64,000 nucleotides of DNA, taken from assembly GCA_963677595.1 (NCBI GenBank), contig OY782041.1:1760001-1824000 (forward strand). The letters run 5' to 3'. This DNA is from Spirochaetia bacterium (GTDB lineage: Bacteria > Spirochaetota > Spirochaetia > CAKZLE01). The notes below the pieces were generated by a model. That model saw only the letters and a program-made list of their open reading frames with translations. It did no database searches and had not been told where the DNA came from. The first letter of the stretch is position 1. Every line of letters begins with the position of its first letter. A program made the translations under genes and the position numbers. Below, piece after piece: positions 48,503 through 57,765 of this stretch.

Positions 48503-49771
48503 TTATGTCAGATAGGGCTTATCGGTCATATACTTGATAAATCTCAGGACATCGTTATTAGTGAGGATATCGCCTGCCGTCAGTTCCCCGATGATATGGA
48601 GGTTCTCTATTTCCCTGCATCGTGAGAGGGCTACATACGTTTGTCCGGGACTGAAGGCTTTCTTCCTGAGATCGACCGTGACATCATCGATGGTCAGTCC
48701 CTGGGATTTATGTATTGTCAAAGCCCATCCCAGCCGTATGGGGAATTGCCTGAATGTCCCGATAACTTCCTTCTCCAGAATCCCCTGGTAGAACCTGTAC
48801 CTGATGTTCTTCCAGGTGAATGGGTGTATTTTGTGAGAGCCGGACCTTGTCGCTATCTTTATATGGGAATGTGCTGGATCGGCATGGGTGTGGATCTCTG
48901 TGATGATGCCTATTGACCCGTTGATCAAACTGCCTGTATTCGTGATAACCAGTATCTTAGCCCCTACCTTGACATGCAGTATGTGTTCTGTCGGGAAATG
49001 AGACTCAGGAAACTCACCGTTACATGCGGCATCCAATGTGAACAGCTTGCTTTGGAGCTTATCAAGCTTCATGTTGTTATAGGATTCCGCTTGGGCCTTG
49101 GTCGTGGCTAGCAGGGTAGTCTCCTCATCCAGGTGCTCCTCCCCTATGGTACGCCGGTTGAAGAATGCCATCGTCTCAGCATCTGCGTTATATTCCCGGA
49201 TATGGTTCAGATGTGTGATGAGATCAGGATCAGATTGACGGTAGGTGGTCGTCAACTCATAATACCTGACATCTTCGAGGTTGTTCCTGAATACTGCAGC
49301 ACTGAAGAAGAACTCAGTCTTATACCCCATCTCCTGCAATAGCTGCTTCTCCCTCTGCTTCACCACAGGCGGCAGCTGGTACAGATCCCCGAAGGTGATG
49401 ATCTTGATCCCGCCAAACGGTTCAGGCCTCCCTCTATGCACCTTCAGGTATCGATCGATGCTGTCCAACAGGTCTGCCCGTACCATTGAGATCTCATCGA
49501 TCAGGATGTATTCCAACAGCCTATAGTGCTCATCCCGCTCTTTCGTGATTTCCCGTGGATTGAGGAGCTCTGGTGCGAAATGAAAGAAGGAATGAATCGT
49601 CTGCCCCTCAATATTTCGGGCAGCGATGCCTGTAGGGGCCAGGACTACCGAGCTGGCGATGTACCGATCCGCCAGGTATCTCAGGAATGTGGACTTTCCC
49701 GTCCCGGCCTTCCCGTTGATGAGAAAGAAGAAACAGGAGCTCTCTTCTATCTCCTGGATGATCCGTTCCAT
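48503..49771 (-). CDS. Pif1/RecD-like SF1B DNA helicase (catalytic core; probably frameshifted from an upstream TM segment)
   Basis: GKAGTGKST, APTGIAA, IDEISM, GDLYQLPPV, QFPIRLGWALTIHKSQG and YVALSR motifs. Confidence 0.9.
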   Translation of the reverse strand: MERIIQEIEESSCFFFLINGKAGTGKSTFLRYLADRYIASSVVLAPTGIAARNIEGQTIHSFFHFAPELLNPREITKERDEHYRLLEYILIDEISMVRADLLDSIDRYLKVHRGRPEPFGGIKIITFGDLYQLPPVVKQREKQLLQEMGYKTEFFFSAAVFRNNLEDVRYYELTTTYRQSDPDLITHLNHIREYNADAETMAFFNRRTIGEEHLDEETTLLATTKAQAESYNNMKLDKLQSKLFTLDAACNGEFPESHFPTEHILHVKVGAKILVITNTGSLINGSIGIITEIHTHADPAHSHIKIATRSGSHKIHPFTWKNIRYRFYQGILEKEVIGTFRQFPIRLGWALTIHKSQGLTIDDVTVDLRKKAFSPGQTYVALSRCREIENLHIIGELTAGDILTNNDVLRFIKYMTDKPYLT

Positions 49772-49778
49772 CTCTTCA

Positions 49779-49973
49779 TTAGGCGGGTATATACCAATCG
49801 GTTTGGATGCTTCCGTTTCTGTAAAACGGACAGGAGGTGAAAGTGTGTCTGAATCCAGGACCGGGGCTGTTCGTGCTTCTTTGGAAACGGTCTCTGATCC
49901 GGGGGTCTTTCCCTGACCGTCTCGAGACCAGGAAGATGATAATCGCCAGCAGAATGAGGATGATATAGATCAT
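49779..49973 (-). pseudogene. N-terminal membrane-anchor fragment, likely the 5' part of the helicase gene
   Basis: MIYIILILLAIIIFLVSRRSGK; removing one base of the G5 run at 49901-49905 joins it in frame to the helicase. Confidence 0.55.
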
Positions 49974-50128
49974 CTCAGATGTCCCGGGGGTGAGGATGGA
50001 AGAGGTCGTATCGTAGTGTGCCCATATGATAACAGCATATCGAGTCAATCATACCAGCATCGAACACGATATGCAATTTGTTTGTTTCTACTCTCTATCA
50101 TGTGAATCTGTAGGACGAGTTATATGTT

Positions 50129-51310
50129 TCAGGTATCCATCCCCTCCAGGATATCACCGCAGATGATGCACATCCTCGGAATATGGAAGGGCCCCTTGAA
50201 CAGGTTCCCCTTGACCGTCGAGGAGACTGAACCGTCCCGGTGGAGGTAGCCGTACCACTCTCCATAGTCCCTGTCGGGGAATCTCTCGAAGGCCCATTCG
50301 AATGCTAGGGAGAACTTCTCCAGGTACGATGGTTCATTGGTGATGCTGTAGAGCATCAGCGATGCGATGATCGCCTCGTTATGGGGCCACCAGAACTTCA
50401 TGTCATGCCAGTATTCACTCGATGGGTACCCCAGGGCGTCCCGGAAGTAGAAGATGCCGCCGTACTGTTCATCCCAACCCCACTCCCACATCCAGTCAAA
50501 GATCTGCCTTCCCCATTGGAGGTACTCATCAACACCGGTCTCCCGGTACTCGGAGAGGATGAACCATGCAAGTTCCAGGGCATGGCCGGGATTGAGCTGC
50601 CGACCTTCATTGTGGTCGAAGGAGGGTTCTCCCCCGACCAGGTTCTCGACGAGGCAGCGCTGGCCGGGGATCAGGTGCCCCGGCAGGATGGAGGTGATCG
50701 CAGACCTGACCTTTGCCGTATAGTAGGCTGCCCGGCCAGGGTCTGCACGCCGGAGTTCCTGCAGGACCGAGATCTTGATCATCGGGTAGGCGATCGAGGA
50801 GGTATCCCTGCTGCCGGGAACCCACTTGGGGTTCTCATCTACCGGGCCCTCTGCGAGGGTCTCCACCCGGTCCATGAGCTCCCGTGCAGCCTCGAGGTAC
50901 GAGAGGTCGCCGGAGGCCCTCGAGAAGGCTGCGAAGGCGTTCACCGCGAAGAGTTCAGAGAAGTAGTACCGCCTCTGCAGCAGGGGTTTCCCTTCTGCCG
51001 TCGTGCGGTAGTACATCCGGCCCCTATGGTCAAAACAGTGCCTCTTGATGAAGTTCACCCCTGATTCTGCTGCTTCAAGATAGTCTACACGACTATGTTC
51101 CCTCATGAATGCGGTAGAGAGTATCCAGGAGAACCGCCCCTGGAACCAGACGGACTTGTCCGATTCTATGAGCTTCCCTTCCCGGTCGAGCCCGGTGTAG
51201 TAGCCCCCATGAGTCCGGTCCAGGCCGTGGGTCAGCCAGAAAGGGAGGATGTGTTCACCAAGCTCACGGGAGAAGAGCTCCCGGTATCTTCGGATCTCCT
51301 GCCCCGTCAC
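50129..51310 (-). CDS. AGE-family epimerase (N-acylglucosamine 2-epimerase-like)
   Basis: ILPFW, DKSVWFQGR, NPGHALE..WF, KFWWPHNE, WYGYLHRDG, KGPFHIPR; GTG start overlapping the upstream stop. Confidence 0.88.
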   Translation of the reverse strand: MTGQEIRRYRELFSRELGEHILPFWLTHGLDRTHGGYYTGLDREGKLIESDKSVWFQGRFSWILSTAFMREHSRVDYLEAAESGVNFIKRHCFDHRGRMYYRTTAEGKPLLQRRYYFSELFAVNAFAAFSRASGDLSYLEAARELMDRVETLAEGPVDENPKWVPGSRDTSSIAYPMIKISVLQELRRADPGRAAYYTAKVRSAITSILPGHLIPGQRCLVENLVGGEPSFDHNEGRQLNPGHALELAWFILSEYRETGVDEYLQWGRQIFDWMWEWGWDEQYGGIFYFRDALGYPSSEYWHDMKFWWPHNEAIIASLMLYSITNEPSYLEKFSLAFEWAFERFPDRDYGEWYGYLHRDGSVSSTVKGNLFKGPFHIPRMCIICGDILEGMDT

Positions 51311-52281
51311 TGGTCGTTCCCCTGAAGGTTTTCCTGAAGATTCCACTGCCTGAAGGTCTCATAGAAATCGGCCCCGGCCTGCCGGCGCCCGAGGAAGTGG
51401 CCGTACTCCCAGGTGATGGTTCGTGAGACATACCCCCTGCCTGCCTCATACTGCTGGCTGACCCGGTCGATCGGGGCTGACTTGAGCCAGATCTTGCTCC
51501 GGTCATAGCCGGAATCCCGAAACCCCGGATTGAAGGAGAAGGTCTCAACATTGTTCCAGAACTCGATCCCCCGGCTTGCGAAGAGCGGGGAGAGCAGCTC
51601 GTAATAGGCGGGGATATCCCCGGGGGTGATGTCCCGGTTGCAGCCGATGCCGTCCTGCATGGCGAGGATGTCGAACATGGGCCGTTCCAGGAAGCGGTCC
51701 CAGAACGCAGCGAGGTCAGCGGGACTGACGGCCTTCGTGAAGAACGGCGAGGAGAGGACGGGCAGGCTGGTTGCCTCCTTCAGTCTGCGATAGAGGTCGG
51801 AGAAGAAGTGCTGTGCCGCCTCGAAGCGGGCAGGGGAGGCGAGGTTGTCATTGTCGGCCTCATGGGAGATGTAGATGCCGCTGAGGCCGGGATGGTCCCG
51901 GTAGATCTCGAGGAGCTCGGTGATGACCCGCTCATAGATGGAGACGTCCCGCCCCATCATACGGATGAAATCGGCGTCGTTCGCGTTGAAGAAGTGGTCG
52001 CTGATGAGGCCGGAGATGAAGACCTTCATCCCGGTCTCGGCTGCGGCTTCCATGAACGGCCTGATGTAGTCGTGCTCAAGATGCGTCTCGAAGTACTTCG
52101 AGTGGTAGTAGACCGCCCCGAAGCGCATGGTCCTGGCAAGGATGACGGTATCGATCCCGGCTTCGAGCATATCCTGCATCTCCGCTGCCCAGTCTGCAGT
52201 GTCCCAGGGAAGCAGCTGGAGGTCTTTGTGTGTCTGTTCAGAGAAATCGATGAAGGTCCCTGATATCTTTCCTGTTTTCAT
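51307..52281 (-). CDS. DUF4434-like putative glycoside hydrolase (TIM barrel)
   Basis: ISGTF, W..EM..M...GIDTVI, YISHE, QDGIG and W.NVETF pattern. Confidence 0.7.
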   Translation of the reverse strand: MKTGKISGTFIDFSEQTHKDLQLLPWDTADWAAEMQDMLEAGIDTVILARTMRFGAVYYHSKYFETHLEHDYIRPFMEAAAETGMKVFISGLISDHFFNANDADFIRMMGRDVSIYERVITELLEIYRDHPGLSGIYISHEADNDNLASPARFEAAQHFFSDLYRRLKEATSLPVLSSPFFTKAVSPADLAAFWDRFLERPMFDILAMQDGIGCNRDITPGDIPAYYELLSPLFASRGIEFWNNVETFSFNPGFRDSGYDRSKIWLKSAPIDRVSQQYEAGRGYVSRTITWEYGHFLGRRQAGADFYETFRQWNLQENLQGNDQ

Positions 52282-52332
52282 AGTCTAGTCCTTGGCCGGT
52301 CCTAACAAGACCGGCGGGTTGAGTACGCTCGG

Positions 52333-53172
52333 TCAGAACTTCAGTCCTGAGGTCTTTGCCCCTTCGATGAAGTACTTCTGTGCAAAGAAGAACATCAACA
52401 GCGTCGGTACACTGAAGAGCACCGATGCCGCCATGAGGAGGTGCCACTCCACATGGTGCGACGTGAGGAAGGACTGCAGCCCGATCCCCAGGGTGTACAT
52501 GGTATCCTTGGTCAGGTAGATGAGCGGGCCCATGAAATCCGACCAGGTATTGAGGAACATGAAGATCCCCACCGTGATGAGGGCGGCCTTGCTCAGCGGG
52601 AGCATGATCTTCAGAAACACCTGCCGTGAGCTCGCGCCTTCCAGTTCAGCAGACTCGATCAGGGAATCGGGGATTCCCAGGAAGAACTGCCGCAGGAGGA
52701 AGATGTAGTAGCCTCCCCCAAGCCCGCCGCCGAGGAAGGCGGGAACGATCAGCGGCAGGTAGGTGCCGATCCATCCGAGCTTCTTGAAGGTCACGTACAG
52801 CGGGACGAGCGTCACCTGCATGGGGATGAGCATGCAGCCGATCATCAGGGGGAAGAGGATCGATGCCCCTCTCCACCTGATCTTCGATACGGCGAATGCC
52901 GCCATCGGTGCCGAGAAGAGGATCCCGACCACACTTGACAGCGTGATGATGAGGGTATTGCCGGTATACCGTGCGAAGGGGATGCGCCTGAAGACCTCGA
53001 CATAGTTCTCGGGGTGGAACACCTTCGGCAGGAGGGTCGGTGGGATACAGAAAGCCTCAGCGAAGCTCTTGAACGACGTGGCGAGCAGCCAGACGAAGGG
53101 GAGAAGGTAGACGATGCTCAAGAGTGAGATGATGATGTATGCTGCAGTCCGTTTTTTCGTGTCAATCGCCAT
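52333..53172 (-). CDS. Carbohydrate ABC transporter permease (MalG-like)
   Basis: LLRQFF..IP..L.ESA.LEGA, WSDFMGPLIY, AQKYFIEG motifs. Confidence 0.92.
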   Translation of the reverse strand: MAIDTKKRTAAYIIISLLSIVYLLPFVWLLATSFKSFAEAFCIPPTLLPKVFHPENYVEVFRRIPFARYTGNTLIITLSSVVGILFSAPMAAFAVSKIRWRGASILFPLMIGCMLIPMQVTLVPLYVTFKKLGWIGTYLPLIVPAFLGGGLGGGYYIFLLRQFFLGIPDSLIESAELEGASSRQVFLKIMLPLSKAALITVGIFMFLNTWSDFMGPLIYLTKDTMYTLGIGLQSFLTSHHVEWHLLMAASVLFSVPTLLMFFFAQKYFIEGAKTSGLKF

Positions 53173-54070
53173 AGAACACCCACTTCTTAGAGGATCTGAA
53201 GATGATGAACGTCAAGGTTCCCGCCACGAGGAAGAGAATCCAGGCCATGGCAGATGCCTTGCCCATCTTCAGGTAGAGGAATGCGTTCTGGTAGAGATAG
53301 GTCGCGTAGAACATGAGCGAGTTGAGCGGGCCCCCGACCGCCTGGTTCAGCCGGTCGGTTGAGCCGCTGATGATGTAGGCCTCGGTGAAGTACTGCAGGT
53401 TCACGATGATCTGCATGATGACCTGGAAGAGGATCGCCGGGGTGAGGGCGGGGAGCGTGATCTGGAAGAACTTGCGAAAGATGCCCGCCCCGTCGATGTC
53501 TGCGGCTTCGTAGAGCGTCTTCGGGACATCCTGGAGGGCTGCGAGGAAGAGGATCATGGTAGGGCCGGTCCTCCACGCGCCGATGAGGATGAGCGATACC
53601 TTGGTATAGGCGGGGTCGGCCAGCCAGTTGGGTGCCGGGAGGTGCACGGCCCTCAGGACCATGTTCAGCAGTCCGTTGACCGGGTTGAGCATCCAGACCC
53701 ACAGCAGGGCTGTTGCCACGATCGGCAGGATGTAGGGGATGTAGAAGACCGTCCTGAAGAAGGCCAGCCCCCTGATCCTGTTATTGAGCAGGACAGCCAT
53801 GACCATGCCGATGATGATGTAGATCGGGCTCCCGAGGAAGGTCATGTAGAGGGTATTGTAGAGACTCTTGTAGAAGAGGTCATCGGAGAAGAGTTCACGG
53901 AAGTTCTCCAACCCGATGAAGTTCGGGGCCTGGAAGAGGTTGAAATCGGTGAAGCTGTAGTAGAGAGACTGAAGGATTGGATAGAGGATGAAGAGCAGGA
54001 ACCCGATCAGCCAGGGGAGGGAGAAGAGTATCCCGTTCCTGGTATCGACCCGCTTGAAACCTGAATGCAT
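53162..54070 (-). CDS. Carbohydrate ABC transporter permease (MalF-like)
   Basis: PWLIGF, FRTVFYIP, LYEAADIDGA, MGKASAMAW; start at ATG 54070. Confidence 0.92.
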   Translation of the reverse strand: MHSGFKRVDTRNGILFSLPWLIGFLLFILYPILQSLYYSFTDFNLFQAPNFIGLENFRELFSDDLFYKSLYNTLYMTFLGSPIYIIIGMVMAVLLNNRIRGLAFFRTVFYIPYILPIVATALLWVWMLNPVNGLLNMVLRAVHLPAPNWLADPAYTKVSLILIGAWRTGPTMILFLAALQDVPKTLYEAADIDGAGIFRKFFQITLPALTPAILFQVIMQIIVNLQYFTEAYIISGSTDRLNQAVGGPLNSLMFYATYLYQNAFLYLKMGKASAMAWILFLVAGTLTFIIFRSSKKWVFYGD

Positions 54071-54101
54071 AAATAAGACCTCATAACGTATGGGCGAAGA
54101 C

Positions 54102-54127
54102 CCTGGAGGGGAATCTTCCCCTCCAGG
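54102..54127 (-). terminator. Intercistronic stem-loop after the SBP gene
   Basis: CCTGGAGGGGAA-TC-TTCCCCTCCAGG perfect inverted repeat; typical position for an SBP mRNA stabiliser or attenuator. Confidence 0.65.
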
Positions 54128-54146
54128 ATACCTGTCTGGTCGGCTG

Positions 54147-55412
54147 CTACAGGGAAGCCGCGGCTTTCTGTGCCTTTGCAAGAGCCTCGTCGACACCGGC
54201 TGTACCGAGCATGACTGCCTGGTAGGTGTCGCTGATGATCTTCTGCAGCTCCTGCTGCCCGTCGAATGCCGGGAAGGTCGTGAGGTTGGTGCTTCGTGCC
54301 AGGTCGGCGAAGGCATCGAAGTTCACGACATCATCGAATGCCGCATTGTCGAGTGCGGAGATCCTGGCAGGGATCCAGCCCATCCCCGCGGAGAGCTCTG
54401 CCATCTGCTGCTCCTCATGGAGCCAGCTGATGAATGCCCAGGCACCATCCTTGTTCTTCGCCGTTGAGGGGATGAAGAAGGTCGAGCTCTGGACCTGCCC
54501 GCTCTTTGCTGAGCCGGGGATCGATGCTGCATGGGGGATGGGGGCTACCCCGTAGTTCAGGTCGACAGCAAGGGTGTTGGTGATGTGGTTGCCGAACCAG
54601 GGGCCGTCGATCCTCAGTGCCTGCCTCCCGGTGATGAAGGGGTCAGCTGCCGACATGTACCCGCCGCTGGAGTTGAAGGCAAGGACGCTGTCCAGCCCGT
54701 ATTTCGCACGATAGTCAGAGACCATCTCCAGTGCGAGACGGGAAGCCTCGGTATCGACGGTGATCGCTCCCGCCCTCCCGTAGTCACCGCCCAGGGAGAA
54801 TGCCATATGCTCGATGAAGTAGACCTCCGGGAACTCAGGGAAGCCCTGGACTGTCATATTGCCTGAGGCATCGACTTCGGTGAGCGTGTCGGCATACTGG
54901 ACGAGCTCCTTATCGGTGGCAGGGGGTGCCGTGTAGCCTGCGGCTGCGAGCAGGTCCTTGTTGTAGTAGAGCATCATGAGGTTGACCGAGATCGGGAGGG
55001 CATAGATCTCGCCGTCTACCGAGACGCTGTCGATGGCTGAAGCCATGAAGTCGTCGATATCGTAGCCGTCCCGCTCGATATATGCGCCCAGGGGTTCGAG
55101 GATGCCTTTATCGGCATAGGAAGCCGTGAGGGAGGAGAAGGTGTCAGTGACATCAGGCCCGTCCCCGGCTGCGATGGCGACCTGGATCTTCTGCCCATCG
55201 GGGACCGAGAGCCCCTCGACGATATACTCATCCTGGGAAGCATTGAACTTATCGATCATTGCCTCTACCTTCTCACCTTCGACGCCGCCCCAGAGATACC
55301 AGAACGATACGGTCGATGGACCTTCCTTCTGTACCGGTTCAGCCTGGCCCTGTGCGGATACCATGCCTGCGGCAAGCAGGCAGATCATCATGACAAGTAC
55401 GAACTTTTTCAT
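54147..55412 (-). CDS. Carbohydrate ABC transporter substrate-binding protein
   Basis: Signal peptide MKKFVLV..AQG; GDGPDV, LYYNKDLL, IDGPW motifs; AGGAG RBS. Confidence 0.92.
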   Translation of the reverse strand: MKKFVLVMMICLLAAGMVSAQGQAEPVQKEGPSTVSFWYLWGGVEGEKVEAMIDKFNASQDEYIVEGLSVPDGQKIQVAIAAGDGPDVTDTFSSLTASYADKGILEPLGAYIERDGYDIDDFMASAIDSVSVDGEIYALPISVNLMMLYYNKDLLAAAGYTAPPATDKELVQYADTLTEVDASGNMTVQGFPEFPEVYFIEHMAFSLGGDYGRAGAITVDTEASRLALEMVSDYRAKYGLDSVLAFNSSGGYMSAADPFITGRQALRIDGPWFGNHITNTLAVDLNYGVAPIPHAASIPGSAKSGQVQSSTFFIPSTAKNKDGAWAFISWLHEEQQMAELSAGMGWIPARISALDNAAFDDVVNFDAFADLARSTNLTTFPAFDGQQELQKIISDTYQAVMLGTAGVDEALAKAQKAAASL

Positions 55413-55437
55413 AAAAACACTCCTTTTACAGTATACA

Positions 55438-55618
55438 TGATTCAACGTTGAATCAAAAGCGAAAAGTTTTTGCTTCATCGTTGAATCATATGGTATTACG
55501 GATTTGTATCCCTGTCAAGCAGTTTATTTCATTGAGTGACACGTTTTCTACTAGGATAAAATCATGTAGTATGCTATATTTCAGTAATTGCAGCATAAAA
55601 AGGTGCAACGATGAATCA
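55438..55618. promoter_or_regulatory. Three LacI-type operators
   Basis: Perfect palindrome TGATTCAACGTTGAATCA (55438-55455); variants TGCTTCATCGTTGAATCA (55471-55488) and AGGTGCAACGATGAATCA (55601-55618); all with a central CG. Confidence 0.8.
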
Positions 55619-55629
55619 ACGAGGAAGGT

Positions 55630-56643
55630 GTGGTGAAGAAGGCAACCATCAAGGACATAGCCCGTGAAGCGGGAGTCTCCCCGCGATCAGTCTCCTATGC
55701 GGTCAACGGTACCGGGCGCATCTCGGCTGAGACCAGGGAGCGGATCCTCAAGATCGCCGAACGACTCAACTACCAGCCGAACATCCTGGCCAAGGGACTG
55801 GTCGGGCAGAAGACCTACCTGATCGGGGTGGTACTGCCCTATCTCTCGAGCAGCTTCTTCACTGACATCATCAACGGGATCGAGGAGTGCTGTGTGGGGG
55901 ATGGCTTCGATATCATCCTGGGGAACTCCTCGAGCAGGACCGTCTCCGAGAAGAACGTGATCAAGCGGATGGTCAACCGGCAGGTTGACGGCATCATCTG
56001 TTGTCCCGACCCGCGCTACTTCGAGTTCTACCAGGAGTTGAAGGCAACCAACCTGCCGCTCATCCAGATCATGACCCATGTGAGGGGGGTAGATGCCACC
56101 TCATTGCTGGTGGATGATGAACACGGCGGATATATCGCCGCGAAACACCTGCTCGACCTCGGGCATGAGAGGATCGGGTTCCTTGACTACCAGGAGAGTT
56201 TTTATGAGGAGATCGGTCTGAGGAAGAACGGTTTCCTCAGGGCCCTGCTCGAGAAGGGCATATCGCTTGAGGTGAACCGGTACAGCGAGCCTTCTGACCT
56301 CACGATCGAGGGCGGCTATGCTGCTGCCCTGAAGCTGCTTGAACGCAACCCCTCGCTCACGGCGATCTTTGCCGCTACCGACCGTGCCGCTATCGGTGCC
56401 GTCCAGGCAGTCTTGAGTCTCGGCAGGCGGGTCCCTGAGGATATATCAATAATAGGGTATGACGATATCGACCTGGCAGAACACCAGGTCCTCTACCCGC
56501 TGACGACCGTCGCCCAGCCCAAGGAGCTGATCGGGGAGATCTCATACGGGATGCTCGGCAGGCTCATCGCGGGCGAGTCGGTTGCCTCGCAGCTGCTCAC
56601 GCCTGAGCTGGTCCCCAGGAAGACGACCGGTCCTGCCCGATAG
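55630..56643 (+). CDS. LacI family regulator
   Basis: TIKDIAREAGVS..SVS, YQPN..AKGL, VPEDISIIGYDD, LTTV.QP motifs. Confidence 0.95.
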   Translation: MVKKATIKDIAREAGVSPRSVSYAVNGTGRISAETRERILKIAERLNYQPNILAKGLVGQKTYLIGVVLPYLSSSFFTDIINGIEECCVGDGFDIILGNSSSRTVSEKNVIKRMVNRQVDGIICCPDPRYFEFYQELKATNLPLIQIMTHVRGVDATSLLVDDEHGGYIAAKHLLDLGHERIGFLDYQESFYEEIGLRKNGFLRALLEKGISLEVNRYSEPSDLTIEGGYAAALKLLERNPSLTAIFAATDRAAIGAVQAVLSLGRRVPEDISIIGYDDIDLAEHQVLYPLTTVAQPKELIGEISYGMLGRLIAGESVASQLLTPELVPRKTTGPAR

Positions 56644-56673
56644 GGCACAATCCATATACTTTGAGGTACGTGC

Positions 56674-57669
56674 ATGAGAATACTGGACTTACATTGTGAT
56701 ACGCTCCTGAAGGCCCTCCTTGCCTCGCAGGACGGCATGCCGTTCTCCCTGGTTTCGAATGACCTCATGCTCGATATCGGCCGGATGGTGGAGGGGCGCT
56801 ACTTAGGCCAGTTCTTTGCCGTCTTTGTCCCTGTAGAGGGGGTTCCCGGCGCGACCCCGGGGGAGGCTGCACAGGCCATGCTCGAGACAGCATGGAAGAT
56901 GATCGGGATGCATACTGATGGGCTGCAGAAGGACCGTGAGCGCATCAGGCTCGCCGGGGACTATGCGGGGATCATCGCGAACCAGGAGGCCGGCAGGCTC
57001 TCAGCCATGCTCTCGATGGAAGGACTCGGCTACCTGCAGGGAGACCTCTCGCTGGTCGGGGAGTTTCATGCGGCCGGGGTGAGGATGGCAGGCCCGATCT
57101 GGAATATCGAGAACGAGTTTGCCTTCCCCAACTCTACCGACCCGCAGGTCATGGGGAGGGGACTGAAGCCCGCGGGCTTCGACCTGGTCGCCGAACTCGA
57201 CCGGCTGGGCATCATCATCGATGTCTCCCACCTCTCTGACGGCGGGTTCTGGGACTGTATACAGAGTTCGAAGCATCCGGTCATCGCCTCCCATTCCAAT
57301 TCCCGGGCGGTCTGCGACCACCCGAGGAATCTGAGTGATGAGATGCTCAAAGCCCTTGCTGACAGCGGCGGCGTGGCAGGCCTGAACTACTGCCCGGCTT
57401 TCCTGAAGGATACCGGATTACCCCTTGGCCAGGGTACGAGCCGTATCAAGGACATGGTACGCCATATGCTCCATATCAGGGAGGTCGCCGGGATCGAGGC
57501 TCTTGCCCTCGGTTCGGACTTCGACGGGATCAGCGGGGAGTTCGAGATCGGCGATGCCTCTGAAGTGGTGACCCTGATCCCTGCCCTGGAGCAGGCGGGG
57601 TTCTCTCCCACGGAGATCGACAAGGTCACCCATGAGAACATCCTGCGGGTCATCCGCGACGTATGCTGA
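56674..57669 (+). CDS. Membrane dipeptidase family (M19) peptidase
   Basis: DLHCDT, EG, DVSHLS, ASHSN, HPRNL, GSDFDG motifs. Confidence 0.9.
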   Translation: MRILDLHCDTLLKALLASQDGMPFSLVSNDLMLDIGRMVEGRYLGQFFAVFVPVEGVPGATPGEAAQAMLETAWKMIGMHTDGLQKDRERIRLAGDYAGIIANQEAGRLSAMLSMEGLGYLQGDLSLVGEFHAAGVRMAGPIWNIENEFAFPNSTDPQVMGRGLKPAGFDLVAELDRLGIIIDVSHLSDGGFWDCIQSSKHPVIASHSNSRAVCDHPRNLSDEMLKALADSGGVAGLNYCPAFLKDTGLPLGQGTSRIKDMVRHMLHIREVAGIEALALGSDFDGISGEFEIGDASEVVTLIPALEQAGFSPTEIDKVTHENILRVIRDVC

Positions 57670-57765
57670 CCTGATTAAAAGACTCGAAATGTATTTTATA
57701 TTCCCAGTACAATCAAGAGGGTGTGTTTCTTTGATGAGAGACTATGGTACATCACCACGGCCAGA

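Noticed and set aside
49907-49913. GGGAAAG (minus strand) as a programmed -1 frameshift joining the TM segment to the helicase
   Set aside because: The join needs a +1 shift; a -1 slip at this site goes in the wrong direction.
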